Source of the DNA: Gemmatimonadales bacterium
Lineage (GTDB): Bacteria; Gemmatimonadota; Gemmatimonadetes; Gemmatimonadales; Gemmatimonadaceae
Reading direction: 5' to 3'
Assembly: GCA_038319955.1 (NCBI GenBank)
Contig: JBBQDT010000004.1
Location: 545 to 64,544, forward strand
Length of the DNA: 64,000 bases
Part shown: positions 1-7,142 of the stretch, in pieces
How the letters are laid out: each line of letters begins with the position of its first letter
Position numbering within the stretch: position 1 is the first letter of the stretch
Notes under the pieces: model-generated
Told to the model about the DNA's origin: nothing
The model's database searches: none
What the model saw: the letters and a program-made list of their open reading frames with translations, nothing else
Translations under genes and position numbers: made by a program

Positions 1-356
1 CGACCTATTCCGGCTGTCCGGCTATTGCGGTGATCGAGTCCGATATCGTGTCAGCGCTTCGTGAGGCAGGAATGCCGTCCGTGCGCGTTCAGACGACGTA
101 TGCACCGGCGTGGACGACCGACTGGATCGCGCCCGAGGCGCGGGCGAAGCTCAAGGCGTATGGGATCGCTCCGCCCGGTCCGTCGTCGGATGATGGTGGT
201 CTCGTCCAGCTCATGCGTGCGCGTGCCGCGGTGCAGTGTCCCTATTGCGACTCGTTCGACACGGAAGTGCGCAGCGAGTTTGGATCGACGGCATGCAAGT
301 CGGTCCAGTGGTGTCGACACTGCGGGCAACCCTTCGAGGGGTTCAAGGCGATCTAG
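1..356 (+). CDS. paaD: Phenylacetate-CoA oxygenase subunit PaaD (C-terminal part; 5' end outside window)
   Basis: The frame of ORF 30..356 stays open to the window edge. The translation (YAPAWTTDWI, YGIAPPG, CPYCDS, EFGSTACKS, CRHCGQPFEGFK) matches the conserved C-terminal half of PaaD (PaaJ in newer nomenclature). paaGHIJYZ lie downstream in the window. Confidence 0.8.
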   Translation, partial: TYSGCPAIAVIESDIVSALREAGMPSVRVQTTYAPAWTTDWIAPEARAKLKAYGIAPPGPSSDDGGLVQLMRARAAVQCPYCDSFDTEVRSEFGSTACKSVQWCRHCGQPFEGFKAI

Positions 357-420
357 CCTTTTGCTTCTGCCTGCACGATTTCGGTGACGCGTCGACGGCT
401 GGGTGGTGCCAGGTTGACGC

Positions 421-833
421 ATGCCACGCAAGGGGCCTGACAACGACGACCGAACCTCGCTCCTCGAGGGCGAGCTCACAGGCAGGATCATCGCGGCGTT
501 CTACGAAACGTACAATGTGCTTGGCCACGGATTCCTCGAGTCCGTGTACAAGAACGCGCTCACGATCGAGCTTCGGATGCGTGGCTGAACGTGCAGGTCG
601 AAGTGCCCGTTGAAGTGTTCTACAAGGAATTCAGGGTCGGCGTGTTTCGATTCGATCACCTCGTCGAAGGGCGCGTAGCAGTGGAGGTAAAAGCGTCTAC
701 AGTCCTCAGTCCCGCGGACAAAGCGCAGACGCTCAACTACCTGACGAGTACCGAGATCGATGTCGGCCTGCTGCTACACTATGGTCCGGAGCCGAAGGTG
801 TATCGCTACGTGTCGCCCAGGGTACGCGGGTAG
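421..833 (+). pseudogene. GxxExxY family protein (PD-(D/E)XK-like), interrupted by a 1-nt frameshift
   Basis: Frame 1 from ATG 421 reads MPRKGPDNDDRTSLLEGELTGRIIAAFYETYNVLGHGFLESVYKNALTIELRMRG and hits TGA at 586-588. The family continues in frame 3 (LNVQVEVPVEVFYKE...VEVKA...AQTLNYL...VGLLLHYG, ORF 591..833). The junction cgtggc|tgaac looks like loss of one C from ggc-ctg. Confidence 0.7.
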
Positions 834-1300
834 TTTCCGGGGCTCGAAAAGCGTGGCAGGATTGGAACGGGTTGTACAGAAACGGCAGGATGAAGGACTG
901 CCGATTCGTAAATGCGTTCTAGTGCTATTGCGTGATCCTGCTCTTTCCATTCAATCCGTTCACATCCTGCCTCGCTTTTGTGTTCTGGTGCCACAACTAC
1001 GACGTGCAGTTTCCGGGGCTCGAAAAGCGTGGCGGGATTGGAACGGAGTGTACGGAAACGGCAGGATGAAGGACTGCCGATTCGTAAATGCGTTCTAGCG
1101 CTGTTGCTTGATCCTGCTCTTCCCGTGCAATCCGTTCATGGCCTGCCTCGCTGTTGTGTTCTGGTGCCACAACTACGACGTGCAGTTTCCGGGGCTCGAA
1201 AAGCTTGGCAGGATTGGAACGGAGTGAACGGAAACGGCAGGATGAAGGACTGCCGATTCGTAAATGTGTACTAGAGTTGTGTTGGATCCTGCGCTTTCCG
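833..1300. repeat. 176-bp tandem repeat, about 2.7 copies (units start at 833, 1009 and 1185)
   Basis: GTTTCCGGGGCTCGAAAAGC recurs at 833, 1009 and 1185. Copies 1 and 2 differ at 14 of 176 positions with no indels (manual alignment). Copy 3 degenerates after about 100 nt. The period is not a multiple of 3, so the overlapping ORFs are read in different frames and the repeat is non-coding. Confidence 0.9.
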
Positions 1301-1330
1301 TTCGCGCGATGGACATCAGCGTGAAAAGCA

Positions 1331-2758
1331 TCAGACGATCCGTGTCTTCCAGTGGCCGCGCCGGAACAGCAGCGTGCTCACCACGGCGAGAAGCGAGAAG
1401 GCCAGCGTTGCGGAGAGAAACACTCCCTCTGGTCCGAACCCGAACACGTGGGACAGCAGCCACGCCAGCGGAATCTCGAACAGCCAGAAGACGACGAGGT
1501 TGATATATGTCGGCGTGCGTGTGTCACCGGCACCGTTGAACGACTGCGTGATCACCATTCCATAGGCGTAGAACAGGAAGCCACATGCCACCGTGCGCAG
1601 CGTGGCCGTGCCATAGTTCGCGACGCCGACGTCAGGGGTGAACATCGCGACGATCGGGCGTGCAAAGATGACGAACAATAGTCCCACGAGACCGAGGAAC
1701 ACCGCGCTGTACTTGCCCGCGGTCCACACGGCACTTTCTGCACGCTCCGGCTTCTTTGCCCCCAAGGCTTGCCCCACCATCGTCGCCGCTGCATTCGCGA
1801 GGCCGAACGATGGCAGCAGCGCGAAGATCACGATGCGCATGCCGATCGTGTAGCCGGCCAGTGCTTCGCTGCCGAAGCTGGCGAGGATGCGCACGAGCCC
1901 GATCCAGCTCGCCATGCCAATGAACACCTGGAAGGTCGCCGCCGACGAGAGGCTCACGACGCGTGCGATGAGCTTCGGATCGAGCGCAAAGTGCTCACGT
2001 CGAACGTGAATGCGTGAGCCACTCTGAAACAGCCGGCTGAGCGCGAACAGCACGCCCGTGCCGCGGCCGATCGTCGTGGCGATCGCCGCGCCGATGATGC
2101 CGAGCCTGGGGAACGGACCCCAGCCGAACACCAGCGCCGGCGCGAGCACGATGTTGATCGCATTCGCCAGCCAGAGCACGCGCATCGCGATTGCCGCGTC
2201 GCCGGCACTGCGGAAGACGGCATTGACGAGGTACAGCAGCACCACGCTCGCATTGCAGCCGAGCATGATGCGCGTGAACGCGGCGTTACGCAGTGCGCCC
2301 GGCGACGCACCCATCAGCGTGAGCAGCTGCGGCGCGAAGAACGACCCAATGGCACCGATGACGAGCGAGACACAAAGACCGAACAGCAGCACCTGCGCTG
2401 CGGTGTGTGCCGCGCCCTCGGCGTCCTTTTCCCCGATGCGTCGCGCGATCATGGCGCCCGCGCCGATGCTCAATCCCATCGAGAGCGCGTAGAGGATGGT
2501 CATGAACGACTCGGTCAACCCGACCGTCGCCACGGCATCGGCGCCGAGGTGGGCGACGACGAACACGTCGACGATGGCGAAGACGCTCTCCATCACCATC
2601 TCGAGCACCATCGGAACGGCGAGGATGAAGATCGCTCGGCCGATCGGTCCTTCGGTGAAATCGCGCCCGTGCGCGCCGGCGAGCGCCTCGCGAATCGCCG
2701 ACCAGACCGACGGCGTCGCGTCATTGGGTGGCGTCAGGGCTTCAACCTGGGTACTCAT
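1331..2758 (-). CDS. MATE family efflux transporter
   Basis: 475-aa ORF with about 12 predicted TM segments. The N-terminus (GPIGRAIFILAVPMVLEMVMESVFAIVDVFVVAHLG) is typical of the MATE/NorM/DinF family. GAGGAA Shine-Dalgarno sits 7 nt before the ATG. Confidence 0.9.
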   Translation of the reverse strand: MSTQVEALTPPNDATPSVWSAIREALAGAHGRDFTEGPIGRAIFILAVPMVLEMVMESVFAIVDVFVVAHLGADAVATVGLTESFMTILYALSMGLSIGAGAMIARRIGEKDAEGAAHTAAQVLLFGLCVSLVIGAIGSFFAPQLLTLMGASPGALRNAAFTRIMLGCNASVVLLYLVNAVFRSAGDAAIAMRVLWLANAINIVLAPALVFGWGPFPRLGIIGAAIATTIGRGTGVLFALSRLFQSGSRIHVRREHFALDPKLIARVVSLSSAATFQVFIGMASWIGLVRILASFGSEALAGYTIGMRIVIFALLPSFGLANAAATMVGQALGAKKPERAESAVWTAGKYSAVFLGLVGLLFVIFARPIVAMFTPDVGVANYGTATLRTVACGFLFYAYGMVITQSFNGAGDTRTPTYINLVVFWLFEIPLAWLLSHVFGFGPEGVFLSATLAFSLLAVVSTLLFRRGHWKTRIV

Positions 2759-2826
2759 ATCGATTCCTCATCTTGATGAGTGCGGTCGCCCGTCACACGA
2801 CGAAGCGAACAATGCCGGAACGAGAT

Positions 2827-2858
2827 CGCCCCGCCTGCGGGGCTGCGCAGGCGGGGCG
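2827..2858 (-). promoter_or_regulatory. 13-bp GC-rich stem-loop between the mini-ORF and the MATE gene
   Basis: CGCCCCGCCTGCG (2827-2839) and CGCAGGCGGGGCG (2846-2858) are perfect complements around a 6-nt loop. There is no clean U-tract on the minus strand (AUCUCGUUCC follows). Confidence 0.6.
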
Positions 2859-2894
2859 AGTGATGCACTCGTGAAACGATGGCGACGCTGGTCG

Positions 2895-3011
2895 CTACAT
2901 CGGTTCAATGCCTGCGCGGTCATACGTGTCACGCACGACGACGTCCGTCGCGGACGGACGCGGGTCCGTGCGATCGGCGGCGATGGTGGTGACAGGGTGG
3001 CGCAGGGTCAT
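2895..3011 (-). CDS. 38-codon mini-ORF upstream of MATE (MTLRHPVTTIAADRTDPRPSATDVVVRDTYDRAGIEPM)
   Basis: ATG at 3011-3009 is preceded by GGAG 7 nt upstream. Third-codon positions are GC-rich. Stop TAG at 2897-2895. It has its own promoter-like element upstream. It was missed by the ORF track because it is under 60 aa. Confidence 0.45.
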   Translation of the reverse strand: MTLRHPVTTIAADRTDPRPSATDVVVRDTYDRAGIEPM

Positions 3012-3047
3012 CGAGTTGCTCCGAAAAGGTGCGTGCTTCGTTTTCGC

Positions 3048-3076
3048 AGTCTAGAATCGTCGTGAACGTTCGTCAA
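3048..3076 (-). promoter_or_regulatory. Sigma-70-like promoter, TTGACG -17 nt- TAGACT (minus strand)
   Basis: Minus-strand TTGACG (3076-3071), a 17-nt spacer, then TAGACT (3053-3048). It lies about 35 nt upstream of the mini-ORF ATG. Confidence 0.45.
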
Positions 3077-3207
3077 GCCCGGGTCGGTGATCTGCTGGCG
3101 ACTGTGCGCTATTGCGAACATGGCAGCGTCATCGGTTGGGGCAAGCGACGAAGGGTGGATCCCTGCCCAAGACCGCGAGTGGAACACCCAGGCGGCTCGG
3201 GCTGACG

Positions 3208-3411
3208 ATGGCGCAGGAGGCATCGCTCGTCGCCTGCATGAAGGCACTCACCGATTCCTCACTCCTCACGGCGGCGAAGTTCTCCAATCCGTTCGGCGTC
3301 ACCAGTGTGGTCGCGCCTGTGATTCTGACGAATGTCTCGGTGACAATCCAGTACAATCACCAGTGCGCCATCCACGGCGCGGCGATGCAGGGATCGGTGA
3401 CCGTCCGCTGA
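3208..3411 (+). CDS. Hypothetical small protein (67 aa), weakly supported
   Basis: ATG 3208 to TGA 3411 shows about 80 percent GC at third positions. The signal stops near the stop codon. There is no clear SD and no recognisable family. The antisense ORF 3129..3356 shares the same third positions, so the coding strand is ambiguous. Confidence 0.3.
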   Translation: MAQEASLVACMKALTDSSLLTAAKFSNPFGVTSVVAPVILTNVSVTIQYNHQCAIHGAAMQGSVTVR

Positions 3412-3496
3412 GGATCGCGATGGCGTCCTTGGCATCGCGGTGCTCGGCTCCGCGTTCTGACCTTCGACTGGTTGTGCGATCGCTCCGGTCGCCCCT

Positions 3497-3841
3497 ATGT
3501 TCGCCGTCATGGCGCTGCTCTTTTCCTACGGTACGCTGCGGCAAGAGAGCGTACAGCTCTCGATGTTCGGGCGACGGTTTGCGGGGTCGAGTGACGAGTT
3601 GGTTGGCTTCGAGCAATCCACTGTGGCCATCGCCGATCCGGAGGTCAGGGCGAGGCTCGGCACCACGCACCACCAGAACGTCGTGCGAGGTGATGCACGG
3701 GCGGCCGGAACGGTCTACGAGATCGCCGATGAGGAGTTGGCGATACTCGATGCGTATGAGCTGGTCTTCGGGTATTCACGCATGCTGGCGAGGCTCGCGT
3801 CGGGCCGTGACGCGTGGGTGTACGTTCATGCCAGCCTGTAG
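3497..3841 (+). CDS. Gamma-glutamylcyclotransferase-like (AIG2/GGACT family) protein
   Basis: The N-terminal LLFSYGTL motif and the overall ~110-aa size are typical of GGCT-like proteins. The start may be ATG 3509 rather than 3497. Confidence 0.75.
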   Translation: MFAVMALLFSYGTLRQESVQLSMFGRRFAGSSDELVGFEQSTVAIADPEVRARLGTTHHQNVVRGDARAAGTVYEIADEELAILDAYELVFGYSRMLARLASGRDAWVYVHASL

Positions 3842-3935
3842 CATCGCGGAAACACGCAAAGCACCGAGTCGGAGAACGCGAACGACGTTGAAGGTGACTC
3901 GCCGAGCGGGCCACATCGTCCTCCTGAGCGCGCAC

Positions 3936-4862
3936 ATGCCAATCATTCGATCGATTCTCAGCCTCGCACTGATTCCCTCCCTGGTCTTCGCACAGCCGAC
4001 GAGGACGCGGGTGGTCATGCTCGGAACCGGGACGCCGATTCCCGACCCCGATCGCGCAGGGTCCGGCGTCGCGATCGTCGTCGATTCGGTCGCCTATCTC
4101 TTCGACGCCGGCGCGGGAGTCGTCCGTCGCGCGGCAGCAGCGGGCCGCAACGGCATCACGGCGTTCGCGCCTCGCAACGCCACCCCGCAGTCACAGTTCT
4201 CGCCGCGCTTCGATCGCGTCTTCCTCACCCACCTGCACTCCGACCACACACTCGGCCTCGCGGACGTGATCTTCACGCCGTGGATCCAGGGCCGGCGACT
4301 GCCGCTCGACGTCTATGGTCCAGTGGGGACGAGCCGTCTCGTCAACGGCATCCTCGACGGGAACACCGAAGACATCGATGAGCGTCGCGCGGCGCCCGGC
4401 GGTCCGTCGCCGACCGGCTGGCAGGTCGTCGTGCACGATGTCGCCGAGGGCGCCGTGTTCCACGACGAACGGATCACCGTTACCGCTTTCGCCGTTTCGC
4501 ATGCTGGATGGACACACGCCTTCGGCTATCGCATCCAGACGCCGGACCGCCTGATCGTCATCAGCGGCGACACGCGCGCGAATCCCGGCATCGCGACGCA
4601 GTGCAGTGGATGCGACGTGCTCATACACGAGGTCTACTCGGATGCGGGATTCACGAACCTCCCCGCCGAGCGACAAGCGTATCACGCACACGCGCACACG
4701 TCGGCGACGCAGTTGGGCGACATCGCCACCCGCGCGATGCCGAAGCTGTTGATCCTCTATCACCAGCTGTTCTTTGGCTCGTCCGACGACACGCTGCTCG
4801 CCGAAGTACGCTCGCGCTTCAGTGGTCGAGTGGCGTCCGCCAAGGATCTCGACGTGTACTGA
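3936..4862 (+). CDS. Secreted MBL-fold metallo-hydrolase
   Basis: The internal ATG 3936 of the long ORF 3087..4862 gives a signal peptide (MPIIRSILSLALIPSLVFAQ) followed by VVMLGTGTP and the HLHSDH (HxHxDH) motif. The upstream 280 codons of the ORF look like junk. Confidence 0.85.
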   Translation: MPIIRSILSLALIPSLVFAQPTRTRVVMLGTGTPIPDPDRAGSGVAIVVDSVAYLFDAGAGVVRRAAAAGRNGITAFAPRNATPQSQFSPRFDRVFLTHLHSDHTLGLADVIFTPWIQGRRLPLDVYGPVGTSRLVNGILDGNTEDIDERRAAPGGPSPTGWQVVVHDVAEGAVFHDERITVTAFAVSHAGWTHAFGYRIQTPDRLIVISGDTRANPGIATQCSGCDVLIHEVYSDAGFTNLPAERQAYHAHAHTSATQLGDIATRAMPKLLILYHQLFFGSSDDTLLAEVRSRFSGRVASAKDLDVY

Positions 4863-4866
4863 AGAA

Positions 4867-4918
4867 CAGTCCCTCGCCGCGCTCGGGACGACAGCATCAG
4901 CGCGCTTGTCGTCCCGGA
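4867..4918. repeat. REP-like element, one reverse copy plus one partial forward copy forming a hairpin
   Basis: CAGTCCCTCGCCGCGCTCGGGACGACA (4867-4893) is the reverse complement of the TGTCGTCCCGAGCGC.GCGAGGGAC element seen at 13731, 20902 and 34352. TTGTCGTCCCGGA (4906-4918) pairs with CGGGACGACA. It lies between convergent stop codons (4862 and 4920). Confidence 0.7.
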
Positions 4919-4919
4919 G

Positions 4920-7058
4920 TCAGGTGTCGAGCAACACCTGGATCCGACCCGCGATACGATCCGCATCCGGCAGCACGGCGTCGAGCAGCACGGGATGGTA
5001 CGGCATCGGCACGTCCTCCACCGTGAGCCGCTCGACCGGCGCGTCGAGGAACCAGAACGCCTCGCGTGCCAGTACGGCCGCGATCTCCGCACCGAAGCCC
5101 GCGGTCTGCGTATCCTCGTGCACGATCAGGCATCGTCCCGTCCGCATCACCGACTCGAGCACCGCATCGTGATCCCACGGTGCGATCGTCCGCAGGTCGA
5201 GGAGGTCCACGTCGCTTGCGAAGCGATCGGCGGCATCGACGCAGCGATGCACCATCGCACCCCACGTCACCACGGTGACACCGTCGCCCTCGCGCAGCCG
5301 GTTCGCGCGCCCGAACGGCAGCACGTAGGCGTCGCCGGGATACCGCGCACTGCCGTCGCTGGTCATCAGCAACGAGCGATGCTCGAAGAAGATGGTCGGG
5401 TTTGCGCTCCGCATCGCCGCACGCAGGAGCCCGACCGCGTCGGCCGCGTTCGATGGCATCGCCACCTGCCAGCCGAGTGCGTGCGCCCACGTCACTTCGC
5501 CCGAGATTGAATGCCACGGGTCGCCGACGTCCTTGCCGAAGCCGCCCGGCATGCGCACGACGATCGGCGCCGCGAACTGGTTGGCCGTGCGCCACCGCAT
5601 CGTCCCGGTGTTATTCAACTGCTCATGCGCGGGGTCCGCGTACTTCCTGAACTGGATCTCGGCGACGGGGACGAGTCCGTTGAGCGCCATGCCGACGGCC
5701 CGCCCGATGATCCCTTCCTCCGAGAGGCTCGTGTCGAACACGCGGTCCGCGCCGAACTTCTTCTGGAGACCCTCGGTGACGAGGTGCACGCCGCCCTTGC
5801 GGCCGACGTCCTCGCCGAACACCACCAGCTTCGGATTCGCCTTGAGCTCGGAGGCGAGCGTGCGTCGCACCGCCTCCGCGAGACGCATCACCTCGCCGTC
5901 GCTCGCCAGCTCGTCGGAACCACCCAGTGCAGCGCGCTCGTCCGCCGACAGCCCGCCGAACGTCGGTGCATCGCCCTCCCGCAACTCCTCGGCATACACG
6001 AACCGCTTGACATTCGCGGCATCGGGCACCGGACGAGCACGCGCCACCGTGACACCGGCGTCGACATCGCGCGCGACCTCCGCCTCGAGGCTCGCCCACT
6101 CGCCCTCGCTCATGAAGGCCGGCACGAGATGCGCGCGCAACTTCGGCAGCGGGTCGCGGCCGGTGTCCGCCGCGATGTCGGCGTCCGTCCGGTAGCCCTT
6201 CTGGTTGTCCGGGCCCGAATGGCTGCTGAGGCGCGGAACCGTCAGGTGAATCAGTGCAGCGCCCCCACCACCGCGCACATGATCGACGCACTCGGCGATC
6301 AGTGCGGCCGACTGCGCGGGATCGCATCCGTCGCCGTCGCGGATGAACAGGTTGGCGAACGACGCAAGGTTGGTCGCGATGTTGCCGCCCGGCGTCTGCA
6401 TCTCGCCCTTCACCGAGATGCCGAGTCCGTTGTCTTCGATGTAGAAGAGCATGGGCAACTTCAGTGTCGTCGCCATGGTGAGCGCGGACCAGAAGCCGTT
6501 CGTGGCGACGCTGGCCTCCCCGCCGAGGGCCACCGCGATTGCGCCGTCCCACTCCTTCTCGTCGAGTGTACTCTGACGATATGTCACGGCTTGCGCCCAC
6601 CCGGCGGTCGGGGTGTACTGCGACCCGACGTCCCCGGACATGGGGAGCACCGTCGCGCCGGCCCACCCTGGCATGTTGCACACGACACCGATGTCCCGCC
6701 CGTCGCTGAAGCCACCTGCACGCCCAAGGGGACTTCCGAGCGCGTCCTCGATGGAGAGGCCAAGCGACAGCAGCAGCGGACGCGAGCGATAATACGCCCC
6801 GACGCCGTCGTGCACATGGTCGATCATCGAACCAAGGATCGCCTGAGCGACATCGTGTCCGCGTGCCGAGAACTGGTAGAGCACGAGATGCTCGCGCGGC
6901 ACAGTGGTGCGATTGCGATTCGTCGTCTCCTCCAGGTCGTCCAGCGCACGCGAGACCAGCACGTGATACGCGATGCGCCGCCAGTCGAAACGAGCGTCCA
7001 CGGATGAGGCGGCGGCCTGCGGACGTTTCTTGGTCGGTGTGGAATCGGTGCGCGGCAT
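4920..7058 (-). CDS. 2-oxoacid dehydrogenase E1 component, fused alpha/beta subunits (TPP-dependent)
   Basis: Starting at MPRTDSTPTKK (ATG 7058-7056), the 712-aa product has an E1-alpha-like TPP-binding half and an E1-beta-like half (LVVFGEDVGRKGGV, FDTSLSEEGIIG, VAEIQF). The rest of the 1032-aa ORF is antisense to paaG. Confidence 0.85.
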   Translation of the reverse strand: MPRTDSTPTKKRPQAAASSVDARFDWRRIAYHVLVSRALDDLEETTNRNRTTVPREHLVLYQFSARGHDVAQAILGSMIDHVHDGVGAYYRSRPLLLSLGLSIEDALGSPLGRAGGFSDGRDIGVVCNMPGWAGATVLPMSGDVGSQYTPTAGWAQAVTYRQSTLDEKEWDGAIAVALGGEASVATNGFWSALTMATTLKLPMLFYIEDNGLGISVKGEMQTPGGNIATNLASFANLFIRDGDGCDPAQSAALIAECVDHVRGGGGAALIHLTVPRLSSHSGPDNQKGYRTDADIAADTGRDPLPKLRAHLVPAFMSEGEWASLEAEVARDVDAGVTVARARPVPDAANVKRFVYAEELREGDAPTFGGLSADERAALGGSDELASDGEVMRLAEAVRRTLASELKANPKLVVFGEDVGRKGGVHLVTEGLQKKFGADRVFDTSLSEEGIIGRAVGMALNGLVPVAEIQFRKYADPAHEQLNNTGTMRWRTANQFAAPIVVRMPGGFGKDVGDPWHSISGEVTWAHALGWQVAMPSNAADAVGLLRAAMRSANPTIFFEHRSLLMTSDGSARYPGDAYVLPFGRANRLREGDGVTVVTWGAMVHRCVDAADRFASDVDLLDLRTIAPWDHDAVLESVMRTGRCLIVHEDTQTAGFGAEIAAVLAREAFWFLDAPVERLTVEDVPMPYHPVLLDAVLPDADRIAGRIQVLLDT

Positions 7059-7094
7059 CGCGGTAAATGTGGCGTGGGGACACGATGAACGGGA

Positions 7095-7126
7095 GGTCGG
7101 TATATTGAAGCCACGTTCTACCGACC
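7095..7126. promoter_or_regulatory. Candidate operator: 8-bp perfect inverted repeat GGTCGGTA-N16-TACCGACC overlapping a TATATT -10-like hexamer
   Basis: Located in the 84-bp divergent region between the E1 gene and paaG. TATATT at 7101-7106 lies about 37 nt before the paaG ATG. Confidence 0.4.
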
Positions 7127-7142
7127 AACCAGAACCCACCCG

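Noticed and set aside
833-1300. Possible CRISPR array
   Set aside because: The whole 176-bp unit is repeated head to tail. There are no short repeats separated by unique spacers, and no cas genes are in the window.
2759-3076. Guanidine (ykkC, mini-ykkC) or other efflux-associated riboswitch upstream of the MATE gene
   Set aside because: The conserved ykkC elements as I recall them (CUAGGGUUCCG, GGUCCGAGAG, ACGR tetraloop hairpins) are absent on the minus strand.
3129-3356. 75-aa minus-strand ORF antisense to the 3208-3411 small ORF
   Set aside because: It shares third-codon positions with the plus-strand ORF, so GC3 cannot discriminate between them. It needs a TTG start directly after an in-frame TGA, and the GC3 signal continues past its start to 3411. 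I therefore list the plus-strand ORF, itself only at low confidence.
3087-4862. 591-aa ORF on the plus strand
   Set aside because: The first ~280 codons are Arg/Ser/Cys-rich junk that overlaps the better-supported GGCT-like gene in another frame. The real MBL hydrolase starts at ATG 3936 with a signal peptide.
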